A DNA stretch of 64,000 nt from Eledone cirrhosa (lineage: Eukaryota), in contig OZ024745.1 of NCBI GenBank assembly GCA_964016885.1, positions 38,626,001 to 38,690,000 of the forward strand, read 5' to 3'. The notes under the pieces are model-generated. The model was not told where the DNA came from and searched no databases. It saw only the letters and a program-made list of their open reading frames with translations. The position numbers and the translations under genes are program-made. How positions within the stretch are numbered: position 1 is the stretch's first letter; each line of letters starts with the position of its first letter. This document shows, piece after piece, positions 39,965-54,510 of this stretch.

Positions 39965-42900
39965 TAATTATTATTATTATTGTTATTATTTATTAAAGAA
40001 ACGATTATTATTAATATTTTTATTATTATTATTATTATTATTGTTTTTTGAGTCTCAATCATTGATCTTATTTAACTGGAAAGTTAGTTGAAATGAATAT
40101 CAAGCCACTACCTGCAGCCTCAGATATTCAGGACGTATCGGAGGGTTCTTGCTGTTCCCAGCAAGCATGCCTTTTAAAGTGTTCCAAAAAGCGGGGCTGG
40201 ACTAATCTTCTTTAACCATCCCTGGAAACTCTTTGAGATAGTACCTTGTGCGCCTATGACAATCGGGACGACATTGATTTCCTGGCAGTTCCAAATCATT
40301 TTAAACTCCCACTTTAAGCCCTGGTATCGGTCTATGTTCTCCCTCTCCTTTTCTTGACTCGTGTCAAATGGGCAGGCTACATCTACACTCAAGCACGATC
40401 TTTTTTCCTTGTCCAAAACCACCAGGTCAGGCCTATTGTGTTCTAATTTCTTGTCCGTCTGTATCCTAAAATCCCATAGCACCTTCACCTGATCGTTTGC
40501 TATCACCGACTCTGGCTTATGCTCACACCACTTCTCAGAATGTGGTAAATTGTTTACTTTCCATAAATGCTAGTGGATCACCCTGCCCATCACATCATGT
40601 CTCCAGCCTTTATGATGAGCCTGGGCTAGGTGTTCACCCTCGGATACAATGTGTGCCACACTTTCCTCTCTCTCTCCACAGATACTACACAGTGAGCTAG
40701 CCTTCTCCTTGTAAATATGGTGTTTCACCCACATCGTTCTGAGGACCTGCTCTTGCGCAGCCATTAGCATTCCTTCTGTAGCCTTTTAAGGTCTCCTCTT
40801 TTGAACCATTTCCATGTCTGTGGATCTCAAAAATTCAGTTTTCCTAAAGAGGGTACTATGACGGGATTTTTCATGTAGGTTGCTCTTCCTCCTTGGACAT
40901 ACCTTGGTCTATTGTCTTCTCCTTCAATACAATGTTGAGTATTGGCTCCTTAATGTCAGTCACGTACTTTAGTCGGATGTTTTTCTCCATCTAAACACAG
41001 TCTTCTATTCTGATAAGACGACTTCCACCTTCAGATCTCCTTAAGTAGAGTCTATCGACATCACTCCTCTTGTGGAAAATGTTGTAGATAGTCAATAGCT
41101 CCCTAGTCTTCCTGTTAATTTCTTTTTTGTACAGCAACATTCCATTTCAGAATTCCCGCACTGTACCTAATAATAGACACAGCTCGGTAATTCACTGCAC
41201 TTATGCCATTCCTACTATTTAGATGTGATTTTAATACGCTCCTTACTCTCCTAATTTACTCAGATCTTATCAATTCCTTCATTTCTTTGTTCTTGATGTC
41301 ATCTGTTTCCAGAACACCTAAATATTTGTATCCTTCTTCGGTGTCAATTTCCTTTATCATCTCACCTGTTGGTACGTGGATTCCGTTGCTCTGCTCAATT
41401 TACCCCTCTTCATCACTAGGGCTCCGCACTTACTAATACCAAATTTCATACATATACCATTGCTGAAAATACGGACAGTGTCAACAAGTACACCCAACTC
41501 CTTCTCACTCTTCCCAAAGAGCTTAAGATCGTCCATGAAGAGGAAGTGTTTGATGGTAAGCTCTCCTTTTCCCAACTTGTATCCTGCTCTCACCTTTCGC
41601 AATATAACGGTCAGGGGTATCAGAGCAAGGACAAACAGCAGAGGGGACAAACTATCTCCCTGGAAGACACCCCTCTTGATCATCACGCCCCCAAGGATTC
41701 TCCACCGGATGTTAACTCTGTTTCCCAGGACTTCATACTTTTGCTCAACAACTGTCTGATGTTATCTGCCACCTTGAATATCTCTAGGCTTCTGGTTATC
41801 CAAGAATGAGGTACCATGTCGAATGCCTTTCTGTAATCTATCCATTCCATGGCAAGACCAGTGTGTCTCCTCTTGCAATTCCTCATTACCATCTTATCAA
41901 TATGTAACTGTGGTCTTATTTCGGCGTCCTTTCTATTCGTCCGGTAACAAGTTGCTTATTTGGAGGTGATGGTAGATTTCCTCAGACACAATGCTTGTTA
42001 ACAGTTTCCACATTACGGACAGACATGTGACAGGCCAATAGTTGGTAACATTATTACCCTTGATTCGGTCTTTCATTACCAGAACTGTGGTACCTTTTGT
42101 CAACCACTCTAGTACCTCACCCGACATCAAGCAGTCATTGAACATGGTTGTCAGTTTCAGGTGGAGGGACATTATATTTTTAATCCAATACCCTTGCACA
42201 CCATCTGGCCTGGTGATTTCCAGTTGGTTAGTTTTTTGGCCTCTCTTTTAAGAGTTTCAACTGTGCTACTCAAATAAGGTTGTTGGTGTGCTTCTTCACT
42301 AATCTCCTTTTGAACTGTCCAAACAACATCTTCTGGTTGTTGTCAAACATGCGGTTCTGTCTATACTGACAGACTCTGTTCTTATACCGCCTAATCTGTG
42401 AACTTTTTGCTACAATGCGTTGATTCAGTTCCTCTATGATAATATTTAGATTTCCCCCCCCTAGTTTTGTACTTTATTTCCAATCTATCTTTAGTGTCGT
42501 TGTTTTGTAATGCCCCATTCAGTAATGAGTCAAGCTTTCCAATGTCTTTTCTCATTTTTCTTGATTTGACCATTCAATCGTTTCTTCCCCCAAGGTTCCC
42601 ATCTTTCTTGTTTGTTGTTTCCTCTCGTTTTTATTCTAAGTAATTTCCTCACCACATTTGCTGTTGCTTTGAGGATATTGTTGCATTGGTGAAGGTTCAT
42701 CGCCTCAAGGTGTGGGATGACTTTGTTTACCTTAGCTGTTGTTTCTTTTAACTTTTTCCTGTATACAAATCTTAGGTTCATAGGTTTCCCACTATCATTG
42801 TTCATTTCATCTACCACTAAGTTCAGGATATTAATCAAATCTTGTCCTAGCCCGTCAGCATTCATTTAAATGGTCGTAGCTTTGTTCAAAATGTTATTTA

Positions 42901-43147
42901 TTTCAGAATTCAGATCATTGTCTGCTTCGTTCCAGATGATATGCATCCGTTTCAAATAGACTTTTTCCATGGGGTTACTCTTCAGGTAACAATTTCATTA
43001 CAGTTCTATTCAATTCTTTCGTCCCGTTGTTTCTTGTGCCTTTCCTTCTTCTTCTTCCTCCAACACCAGCAGTATTTGGATGACAGCCAAGTCCCTGTTG
43101 CTGGGCTTTCACATGACGTTCCAGTCTCCTTTTCACCGTTATTCGAA
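39965..43147 (-). mobile_element. Dong/R4-type non-LTR retrotransposon copy 1 (RT plus restriction-like endonuclease), degraded with internal deletions
   Basis: YWPVTCLSVMWKLLT, WIDYRKAFDMVPHSWI, GVFQGDSLSPLLF, FMDDLKL, CSICGEREESVAHIVSE and RPDLVVLDKEKRSCLSVDVACPFD; (TAA)n tail. Confidence 0.92.
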
Positions 43148-43565
43148 TTGTTTAGGTTCGACATTTAAACACTCATGTCGAGGATTGGTGAATGTATGGT
43201 TACATAACTACCGGTGATTTCATCACCCCCGGTGTTTTAGCGTGGCACCATTACGCTGTAGACGAACATAAATAAATAAACAAATAAATAGATAACAACT
43301 TTTAAAAATAAACATAAGTTTCATTGTAATGTTTGAATGTCTGACTTATTTTTTTCGTTTTTTTCCTTTTTGTTTTTCAAGGCCAGTAACATCGGGTACT
43401 AGTGTTGTTGTTACTGCTGCTGCTGTTATTGATTTGAGCTACGAGGGAAGTAGGGGTTATTGCGTTCAAAACTTTTGAAATTTGTTTTTCTTTTGTGTTG
43501 CGTTTGTTTTTGTCTGTGTTCTGTTCTGTAATTTTTCGACTTGTTGCATACTATTATTATTATTC

Positions 43566-44025
43566 TGGTAGTATAGGTAGAGGGTTGGACGCCATGCTTT
43601 CTAGCATAGTTACGCCCCTTTACGATCTGAGTTCAAATCCGCCAAGGTTAAATTTGCCTTTCATCCTTACGGGGTCGATAAAATAAAGTACCGGTAATGT
43701 ACTGGGTTATTGTTGTCCTTGTGCCAAAAGTAGAAACAATTATTATTATTCTGCCTGTTACAAATGGTCACAAATGCAGCAAAGAGTTACGGCCCTTTAT
43801 GGTCTGAGTTCAAATTACGCCGAGGTTAACTGTGCCTCTCATCCTTATGAGGTCGATAAAATAAAGTACCAGTAATACACTGGTTAATTGCTGGCCTTGT
43901 TCCAAAAGTAGAAACAATTATTATTATATTGCCTTTCATCCTTACGAGGTCGAAAAAATAAAGTACTAGTAATGCCCTGGATAATTGCTGGCCTTGTGCC
44001 AAAAGTAGAAACAATTATTATTATT
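43566..44025 (+). mobile_element. Three tandem SINE copies, progressively more 5'-truncated
   Basis: Same body and tail as 28527-29125; each ends AAAAGTAGAAACAATTATTA. Confidence 0.85.
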
Positions 44026-44627
44026 TGACATCGGTTAAACTAAACATTTTTAGAGCGTTTAGATATACAACAACAATAATTATTATGGTGTTGTTGTTAG
44101 CTGTTCGATCGAGTCACTAAAAAGTCTATTTATATCTTTTGGTGACTCCCTCGTTTCAAGTCAAGTGTAGTGGAACTACTACCTTCCCTCTCTTAAGAGG
44201 AGGTAGTGAGGGAATAGTGGTTGTAGCGATGATGCAGTGGTGACGGTGGTGCGGGGATAGTAGTACTGTAGAGATGGTGTTGTTGCTGCTGTTCGTTTGT
44301 ATCTAGCTAAATTGTTTGTGGTAGAGGTGGTGGTGCTGAGATGGTGGTGTTGGTAGGGAAATTATTTGGCTGTTGTTTTCTCCCATTTGTGACCATTTGT
44401 AACCCTTTTCTTTTTTTACTATACATTTTCTGATACAAAATTAAATATTAAATATTGGAGCCCTATGCCATAGTGTTATGCGTTGTCACTTCCCGAAAGT
44501 TAAAATTGGTGTCTTATGACCCATTTGTATAAGAATTGTTCTATCACAATTGTTTTGAATATGTAAAAAATCAAAAGCTTACGGGAGCGATTCCATAACA
44601 CTCCATCACCATGTGCGTATTCTTCCC

Positions 44628-44677
<50 letters not shown>

Positions 44678-47600
44678 GTTATTACTCTTTGAGTCTCAGT
44701 CATTGATGTTAGTTAACTGGAAGTTTGTTGAAATGAATATCAAGCCACTACCTGCAGCCTCAGATATTCAGGACGTATTGGAGGGTTCTTGTGGTTCCCA
44801 GCAAGCATGCCTTTTGAAGCATTCCAAAAAGCGTGAAGGGGCCAATTTTCTTTAACCATCTCTGGAAACTTTTTGAGATAGTCCCTAGTGCGCCTATGAC
44901 AATCGGGATCACTTTGACTTCATGGCAGTTCCAAATCCTTTTTACTCCCACTTTAAGTCCTGGTATCGGTTAATTTTCTCCCTCTCCTTCTCTTGCACTC
45001 TCGTGTCGAATGGGCAGGCCACATCCACAATCAGGCACGATCTTTTTTCTTTGTCCAAAACCACTAGGTCAGGTCTATTGTGTTCCAGTTTCTTGTCCGT
45101 CTGTATCCTAAAATCCAACAGCACCTTCACCTGATCGTTTTCTATCACCGCCTCTGGCTTATGCTCATACCACTTCTCAGAATGTGGTAAATTGATTACT
45201 TTGCATAGGTGCCAGTGGATCACCCTGCCCATCACATCATGTCTCCAGCCCTTATAGTGAGTCTGGGCTAGGTGTTTACACTCGGAAACAATGTGAGCCA
45301 CAGTCTCCTCTCTCTCTCTCCACAGATCCTGCACAGTGGGCTAGCCTCCTCCTTGTAAATGTGGTGTTTCAACTACTTCGTTTTGAGGGCCTGCTCCTGC
45401 GCAGCCATTAACATTCCTTCTGTAGCCTTTTTTAGGTCTCCTCTTTTCAACCAGTTCCATGTCTGTGGATCTCTAAATTCAGTTCTCTCAAAGAATGTAC
45501 TATGAAGGGATTTTTCCTGAAGGCTACTCTTTCTCCTTGATGTTATTTCCTCCTTGGACATCCCTTGGCCTATTGTCCCCTCCTTCAGTACAGTTCTGAG
45601 CATTGGCTCCTTACTATCAGTCACGTATTTGTGTAGGTTGATTTTCTCCATCTGAACACAGTCCTCTATGCTGATAAAACGTCTTCTACCCTCAGATCTC
45701 CTTAAGTAGAGTCTATCGACATCACTCCTCTTGAGGAACATGTTGTAGATAGTCAATAGCTTCCTAGTCTTCCTATCCATTTCTTTTTGTTCAGCAACAT
45801 TCCATCTCAGAATTCCCGCACTGTACCTAATAATAGACACAGCTCGGGAATTTACTGCACGTATGGCATTACTACTGTTCAGATGTGACTTTAATACGCT
45901 CCTTACTCTCCGAAGATATTCAGTTCTTATCAATTCCTTCATTTTTCTGTTCTTAATGTCATCAGCCTCCATAACGCCCAAATACTTGTATCCTTCCTCA
46001 GAGTCAATTTCCTTTATCATCTCACCTGTTCGTATCTGGATTCCGTTATTTCTGCTCAACTTACCGCTCCTCATCACAATGACTCCACACTTACTAATAC
46101 CAAATTGCATACATATATCATTTCTGAAAATACGGACAGTGTCAACAAGCACATCCAACTCCTTCTCACTCTTCCCGAAGAGTTTAAGATCGTCCATGAA
46201 GAGGAGGCGATTGATGGTAAGCCCTCCCTTTCCCAACCTGTATCCTGCTCTCACTTTTCGCAGTACACTGGTCAGGGGCATCAGGGCAAGGACAGACAAC
46301 AGAGGGGACAGACTATCTCCTGGAAGATACCTCTCTTGATCGTCACGCTTCCCAAGAATTCTCCAGTTGATGTTAACACTGTTTAGCAGGACTTCATACT
46401 TTTGCCCAAGAACTGTCTGATGTTAACTGTCACCTTGAATATCTGAAGGCTTTTGGTGATCCAAGAATGAGGCACCATGTCAAATGCCTTTTTGTAGTCT
46501 ATCCATCCCATGGCAAGACCAGTGTGTCTCCTCTAGCAATTCCTCATTACCATCTTATCAATAAGTAACTGGTCCTTTGTACCACGTGACTTCTTTCGGC
46601 ATCCTTTCTGTTCGTCCGGTAACAAGTTGTTTGTGTGGAGGTGATGGTAGATTTACTCAGACATAATGCTTGTCAACAGTTTCCACATTACGGACAGACA
46701 TGTGATAGGTCTATGGTTGGTAACATCATTACCCTTGATTCGGTCTTTCATTATCAGAACTGTGGTACCTTTTGTCAACCACTCTGGTACCTCACCTGAC
46801 ATCAAGCAGTCATTGAACATGGTTGTCAGTTTCGGGTGGAGGGATGTTATATTTTTAATCCAATACCCCTGCACACCATCTGGGCGTGGTGATTTCCAGT
46901 TGGTTAGTTTTTTGGCCTGCCCCTTAAGAGTTTCATCTGTGATACTCAAATCAGTTTGTTGGTGTGCCTGTTCACTGATCTCCTTCTGTACTGTCTCAAT
47001 CCACACTGCCTGGTCATTATGTTTAACATCCTGCTCCCATATTCCTCTCCAGAATGTTTTAGTTTGTTCCGCCTCAGGGATCGTTGCCTCATTATTTCCC
47101 TTCAAGCTGTCCAAACAACATCTTCTGGTTCTTGTCGAACATGCGGTTCTGTCTATACTGATTGACTCTGTTCTCGTATCGCCTGATTTTTGCACTCTTT
47201 GCTACAATACGTTGCTTCAGTTCCTCTATGATAATATTTAGCTTTTTCCTCCTAGTTTTGTACTTTATTTCCAGTCTATTTTTAGTGTGTATGCTTTTTA
47301 GTGTCCCATTCAGTAGGGACTCAAGCTTTCCAATGTCATTTCTCATTTCCCTGATTTGACCACTCAGTCGTTTCTTCCACCAAGGCTCTGCTCTTTCTTG
47401 TCTGTTGTTTCCTTTCGCTTTTATACCAAGTAGTTTCCTCACCGTATTTGCTGTTGCTTTGAGGATATTGTTGCACGGGTGAAGGCTCCTCGCCTCAAGG
47501 TATGGGATGACTTTGTTTACCTTAGCTGTTGTTTCTTTTAACTTTTTCCTGTCTACAAATCTTAGTGTCATAGATCTCCCACTATCATTGTTCAATTCAT

Positions 47601-48199
47601 CTACCACTAAGTTTAGGATATCAACCAAATCTTGTCCTAGCCCGTCAGCATTCATCTCCTCAGTGGCCGTATCTCTGTTCCAGGTATTATTTATCTCAGC
47701 ATTCAGATCATTGTTTGCTTCGGTTGGTTCCTCCGTTCTCTAGACCTCTTCACCTTCATTTCCCACTGGCTCGTTTGCCTGGCATAATCCATCTCCATCT
47801 CCAAGCTAATCTCACTGCTCAGTTCCTCCAGTTCCAGCTCGCTTATCCACCCATTAGTTCTTATTACCCGCGCCTGCCCGGCCAATTTTTGTTCATCTAA
47901 TTTAAATAGACCAATCTCGTTCCAGATGTTATGCATCCATTTCCTATAGCCTTTCTCCTCGGGTTTACTCTTCAGGTAACATTGCATAACAGTTCTATTC
48001 AATTCTTTCGTCCAGTTGGTTCTTGTGCCTTTCCTTCTTCTTCTTCCTCCGATACCAGCAGTATTTGTTTGACAGCCAGGTCCCTGCTGCTGAGCCAGGG
48101 AGCACCTGTTGGGTGAGAGTCTGTCACATGAAATTCTAGTCTCCATTTCACCGTTATTCGAGTATTATTATCATTATTATTATTATTATTATTATTATT
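44628..48199 (-). mobile_element. Dong/R4-type non-LTR retrotransposon copy 2, near full length, bracketed by (TAA)n on both sides
   Basis: Single ORF from ATG 48146 to ~44760, broken by stops and frameshifts. N-terminal WTKELNRTVMQCYLKS..GYRKWMHNIW..EQKLAGQARVIRTNGW; RT (FMDD); CCHC; PD-D endonuclease (RPDLVV..IVDVACPFD). TAA arrays at 44628-44685 and 48163-48199. Confidence 0.93.
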
Positions 48200-48564
48200 G
48201 GCCACCTACGTAGTAAATCGTATCATCTTGAGCTCCGCAAAGGTTTGTGATTTTCAGTTTTTCAAAATTGCCATTCATGGACAATTTTATTGTTAACTGT
48301 ATATAAGTGCATGTACATTATTATCTGAACAGGGCACCCAAAAAGATTGGGGCCTTGAGCCCAAAATTTAAACTTTTATAATTATCAAACAACAATTTTT
48401 CTTTGAAACATCATGGCTGACTCAGAGTCACTCCTTTCTCACAAACTAACACCTCACACCGACACCACCATTGTAAATATAATATGTTTGCCAACACTAA
48501 AAATATAAGCATTAGCAATATTTTAAATTTGTCTCAGGCAGACATTCATTTCCCGCCATTACCA

Positions 48565-50255
48565 ATGACTGCAGCTGTTAAATCCGCCACCACCACCACC
48601 AACACCACCGCGACAACAGAAACAAAAGAAAAAAATTAATTAACTCGTGATATCGAAATGAATTCAACCAAAATGAACTCTTCCACACCGAACACCACTG
48701 ACGCCACCACCACCACAACTGAAACTAAAATTAATAATAACAAAAATAACGATAACAACAACAGCAACAATGACATTAAGAAAACCACCCTGAGTTTTGC
48801 CAGAGTAGCAAAACAGTGCGAAGCATTTCAGGTAACTCAGGAGGAATTAGAAGAAGCCAACAAATGGTAAAGAAAGATGGGTACAGGGTCACACACACAG
48901 ACCTAATAAAATGGAGGATCGGCGCCTATGCACCGTGACTAATCGAACAATTAATATAAAATCGCGCCGAGTGGAACGGGCATCCGAGTCCCAAATCCAA
49001 AAAAGCTTTGGGACATGTGTGGGCAAAAAACCCCCACATCAGACGTGGGCAGAAGTATGGAACACCACAGGAGGCTAGAGAACACTCCATGGCCCCATTA
49101 AGAAGTGACGACTTCACACTCGTCCCAGGCTATTGTGGCCAGAGACTCGTAATGATCAGGGTCGCCCACGTTCCAAAGGCCATCGAAATTCCCTGGCTAA
49201 TAGCTGCCGTACTCGCCGGCATCGAAGCCAACACCAAGATAATCGAAATAGCGAAAGACAAGCAGGAGAACTGGTCCGGATCTGGGATGGAGCTCCTGAT
49301 CCAAGCGGACCAAAAAAGCATTGAGGAGATCCCAGAGGTAATAGACCTCACTGACGGCAGCCACCTCACCGTAATTGTCGAGGGCAGAAGGCCTAGGTGT
49401 GTCGTTTGTGGTGAAGGAACACACCTAACGGCTTTCTGCCCTCAGGCTAAAAGGTTGAGGCCACCTCTCCTACCCACCCCAGTGACTCAACCATTAACAC
49501 CAACAGCAGCAGAGATGGCAGCAACAACTGTATCAGCAACAACAGAAGCAACTGTAACACCAACAGCCCCAGCAACAGTAGCAAAACCAACACCAGCACC
49601 ACCACCCAACGTGCCAGAACTAGCACCAGCGCCTACACCATCCACCACGCCACAACCAAAACTAACGTCTGTGGAGGATTTTCCACTCCCGGGCCTATCA
49701 CAACTGGAGACAGATTGTAACGACGAGGAGTGGGAAACGGTATCAGGAAAAAAGAAAAAAAGAAACCAAAAAAGAAAAAAATCTCTTCCTTCCCCCTCCA
49801 AAAACAAAATACAGAGGGAAACAAATAAACTATCAAACAAAAAAGTTAGGACAGATATGCCACCATCCACACCAGCATCACCAACCCCATCACCCCAAAC
49901 ACCATACCATCACCGTCAGTAACCCCAACACCACCATCACCTACACCACACAAGTCACCAAAAAGCGAAACAGAATCAAACCCACAACAAACACAAACAA
50001 AACAAAACAACCAAAACGATACACACTACACAGGATTAAATTTGAACAACAACGAATTATTACACTACATCCAACACAACACCAGCATCACAGAAAAAGA
50101 CTACAAAACAACCCAAAAGTTCACACCACCTCCACACATACAAATCACTCGCATCACACAGAAAACGTACATGACACTATAACAAAAATTCCCCAAAGAC
50201 ATCGGAGACTTCCGACAAGCCCTCTCCAGGAGGATTTATAAGGACATCCTTCTTG
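48565..50255 (+). pseudogene. LINE ORF1 (CCHC knuckle, Thr/Pro-rich linker, basic patch), disrupted
   Basis: CVVCGEGTHLTAFC knuckle and WETVSGKKKKR; ORF pieces 48658..48870 and 49008..49922. Confidence 0.8.
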
Positions 50256-50351
50256 AGGAGGCCACAAGCAGTGAAAAGGTTGGACAAACCATCCTTCCTC
50301 TACGAGAAGTAAGGTAAGTGGTCTTTCCCATCTTTTCCACTCCATTTCAAC

Positions 50352-53300
50352 ATGACCGCACTTAGAATAGGCAGCATAAATGCGCGTGGCTTGGGGTCGT
50401 CATGGAAGCAGGGCCACCTGCTCAACGACCTCAGGTCACTAAACATAGAAGTAGTTGCCATCAGCGAGACCAGAATCTCCGAAGCACGGTCTTTCGCACC
50501 GATCTTCGGCCGCTACGATGTGTACGCATCTACCAGCCGTCCTGGATCGGGGGGAGGAATTGCTGTGCTTTTTCGGAGAGGTTTGGATCTCGCCATAGGG
50601 GCCATCTTCCTGGACCCAGAAGGTAAGTTGGTGGTGCTAGACGTGGCCAGCGGAGACGGGCAAGCTTTTAGGCTAGTGGCCGTCTATGCCCCGACAGGAG
50701 CAGGGCGGCATGATTTCTTCCGGCGTCTGGAGACCTTTCTTGGAACGTCCCGCTCTTTAGTGTTAGTGGGCGACTGGAACGGGATTTTAGATGCACGCTG
50801 GGACAGTATGGGATTAGCGGATAGGGGAGGAAGGGTGCAAGAACCTCACCAACCTGCTCAGCCGTTTTGAACTGACTGACATGTACCGATTGGATTTCCC
50901 GAATGTGCCCATGTGGACTTGGACAAATCGCATAGGGTCATCCAGATCATATCTAGATAGAGAATCTTGTAGGGAAATAGATAGGTCTAGCATAGGCTGT
51001 CCACAATTCAAGATAGTCAGCTACACGGACCACTAATTCGTGATATGTGTGCTTGACTTAGATAGGCTTCATAGACGAGGACCCTGCTACTGGAAGCTAA
51101 ACGTGTCCTTACCAGCGCGCAAGGCCTACAGAGACCGGATTAGCGCACTAGTTAAGCGGGCGTTGACGGGGGCCATCGTCAACCACAAGTGGTGGTTTTC
51201 TCTGAAAAGAGGAATTAGAATAGAGTCCATTATGTTTAGTAAGGCTTTAGCAATAGAGAAAAATAGAGCAGAGGGGGAATTAGTTAGAAAATTAGACGAG
51301 GCGCTTAGCAAAGGCATCGCGACCGACGTACTTGCGGTGAAATTGGCCCTTGACCAATTCTTCAATGCAAAGCACGAAGGCTGCGTTGTCAGAGCTAGAG
51401 CGCGTGCTCTCAGACACGAGGGGACGAAAACCGTTCAATGGGCCGGAGTGGCGGAGGCGCGTCGTGGCAACAAAGCCACGATCAGGTCTTTGGTGAACCA
51501 CGACGGGCGCATGCTACTCGATCCCGGGCAAATGTGTGAAGCTTTCCAGCCACACTTCGCCCAGCTGTTCGGGGGCACGGCGGGCCGAATCGAGGGATGG
51601 ACTATAGTGTCTACCTCGACGGACTGCCGCGGTTCTCAGCCACTCAGGCGGAATGTGGAGAAAAGCCGATAACAGCTGCTGAAGTACGGGTGGCAATGAC
51701 TGGATGCACAAGGGGTAAAATGCCTGGGTTGGATGGTATGCCCTTGGCGGACGTCTACTGCAAATGGCAACAGAAAGGGAGAATTCCCAGCTCTGTGAGC
51801 CGGGGAACGGTGGCGCTGATGAGAAAGGATCCGAACAAGGGGGATAACATAGATAATTTCAGGCCCATAACTCGGCTAAACACAGAGTTCAAGATTTTGG
51901 CCAAGGAACCAGCAAGGAGGTTGGCGCTTGTAGTTGGGGGTCTGGTGGGAGAGGCGCAGACATTGCCATTCCCGACATATCCATCCACGACAACCTCCAC
52001 CTCATGCGATACATCGTAGAGAGGGGAACTAGGGAACCTGGCATGAGTGGGTCCTTGATCAATTTAGATCAGTCGAAAGCTTTCGATAGGGTCGACCATC
52101 GTTACTTAGCGGCAGTCCTGAGGTTGGCTGGCTTTGGGCCCGTCTTCAGAGGCTGGATCGCTGCCATGCACAGCGACATCTGCTCTGTGGTGAGAGGGAA
52201 CGGTCACCTTTTCGGAACCGTTCAACATCATGCGCTCGGTCCGCCAAATATGTCCCCTCTCGTACCTCTTGTACGTATTGACTCTCGATCCATTACTGCA
52301 CAAACTGGAGACGTTGAGGGGCGTCCTTCGCGAACTAGGATGCGGAAGTTCCGTGTCAGCATATGCGGACGATGTCACCGTAGTGGTGTCGAAGGCCAAA
52401 CACATCGAGGCGATCGGCACTACACTAAGAGAATACGAAGCGGTGACATGAGCAATGATCAACCAGGAAAAGTCAGTGGGCCTGCAGCTCGGCACCTGGA
52501 GAGGCAGGTCCAGGCCGTCCAAAAGCGTCGTCGGGCGCTGGACGGACGAACCGGTTAAATTGCTAGGGGTCTGTTTCGGTCCGGACCTCCAGACAGACAA
52601 AAACTGGGACGAGGTGACGAGCAGGGTGGCTTCTCTCCCCCAGAAATGGGCGGAGAGGAAGCTATCCCTGAAAGGTCGAGCGGAGGTGGCTAACGCGTAC
52701 ATCGCGTCCGTCATCTACTACCGCCTTACCATCGTACCTTGTCCTAAGCCCCGCCTGACTGCGCTGGAGCGTTTTCTCTTTCGCTTTTTGTGGAAGGGAC
52801 GCGCTCCGATTGTCTGGCGCTGCATCTGCTGTCAACATCCACTACGTGAAGGGCTGGGCATGCCCTGGCTGATGATGCGCAGACACGCGCTCAGACTACG
52901 ATATCTCCACCTCTTCCTCGACGGTGATCAGGTGTGGTCGCGGTTTGCTCGACACGTCTTTCCCCAGCTCGTCTCCTTGACGGAGCTGCAGTCCTGGGTC
53001 AAGCGAAGACCGAGAGGGAGCGCTTGGAGACTGGAATGTCTTCAGGCGCTCACAGCCCTCGACCAATCGGGCAATGTGGTCGGTGGAAACTCCACCTTGG
53101 CGTTCTATAGAGGATTAGTGGAGGGGAAGAGCAACGACGTACTTGGAGAAACTCTAGGCGTCGACGAAAATCAACTAGCCAATCTCTTCGGAAGGACTTT
53201 CGGGCAGGGGCCTATGGACAACTTCCAGAAATCTCTGGCCTGGCAGTGCTACCTAGGAGCTTTTCCAGTTCGGGATAAACTGTACAGGCATGGAGGTGCC

Positions 53301-53696
53301 GTCAGTCGGGCATGTGCGAGATGCGCGCAGGGTGACGAAACCGTCCTGCACGCACTCGTCCAGTGTCCTAGCATTGCTGACTTGTGGGTTTATGTCGAAC
53401 ACCTGCTGTCAGGTGTAGGACGGATCCAGCTATTAGCTGAGTCCATCGTGATGATTGCCCCGCCCTCTTCCTGTAGACGGGAAGGGCAGGCAGTTTTTAT
53501 TTGTCTGGTGGCCATGGCGAAAGAGATAGTATGGTGGACACGTTTGAAAGGGCTGAAGACGAGCACTTACCTCTTCGGTGAGGCCCTGTTTAACTTTTTC
53601 AAATTTCATTTGAAAAGGAAAATCAGGGTAGAGAGGGAAGTGCTCTCTTCCCAGCGTTTTGTTGTGAATGGGCCTACTCTGAGTATCTGTCTGTAA
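50352..53696 (+). pseudogene. LINE ORF2 (APE, RT, zinc finger), disrupted by several frameshifts and stops
   Basis: INARGL, ISET, VYAP, GDWN, LDQSKAFDRVDH, YADD and CARC..ETVLHALVQC; colinear with 14884-18323. Confidence 0.93.
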
Positions 53697-54003
53697 ATTA
53701 AAGGTGGAAAACTGGGAGAGGGTACTTGCCCTGGTGGTCAGGCTCACTGTGGCCTTTTAATGGGCTTTCTCCACAAATGTCCCTCGGAAGTCTCCCCCCT
53801 ATTGGTGAATTTTTCATTGTTATTTTTTATGACATCCTTTGTCTTTTTTTACACGCAGAAATGCCCTTTTATACCGCCCTGTATTGTCCTGTACTGTCCA
53901 TAATGTCTACTTTATGTAAACCCTTATAGTTAATAAAGAATGCATCATTATTATTAATATTATTACTATTGTTATTTCTCACTTTCTTACTCTCTCTCTC
54001 TAC

Positions 54004-54030
54004 GTATATACATATATATATATATATATT

Positions 54031-54110
<80 letters not shown>

Positions 54111-54114
54111 GTAC

Positions 54115-54170
<56 letters not shown>

Positions 54171-54245
54171 AGTTTGTTTACAAACACACCTAGCATTATA
54201 ATAAATGTTCGGTGAATCGATACGTACATATATATATATGTGTGC

Positions 54246-54295
<50 letters not shown>

Positions 54296-54398
54296 TAATG
54301 TACGTATGTATACATATATGTATATACGTATATATACTTATATTTAAGTAACAGCCGTACTAAGAGTGAGAAATGATATTTAGTTTCAGTTTTTCCGT

Positions 54399-54491
<93 letters not shown>

Positions 54492-54510
54492 TGTATATAT
54501 ACATACATAC
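54004..54510. repeat. Cluster of (TA)n microsatellites
   Basis: Direct reading. Confidence 0.95.

Larger units (their letters stand above)
48225..53940 (+). mobile_element. Near-full-length Tx1-like LINE copy 2 (diverged relative of 14690-20228)
   Basis: ORF1 and ORF2 in tandem, T-rich 3' UTR, AATAAA at ~53932; the 5' boundary is approximate. Confidence 0.9.

Noticed and set aside
45863-47241. Long plus-strand ORFs antisense to the Dong element
   Set aside because: They are shadow ORFs of the minus-strand RT coding sequence with no motifs of their own.
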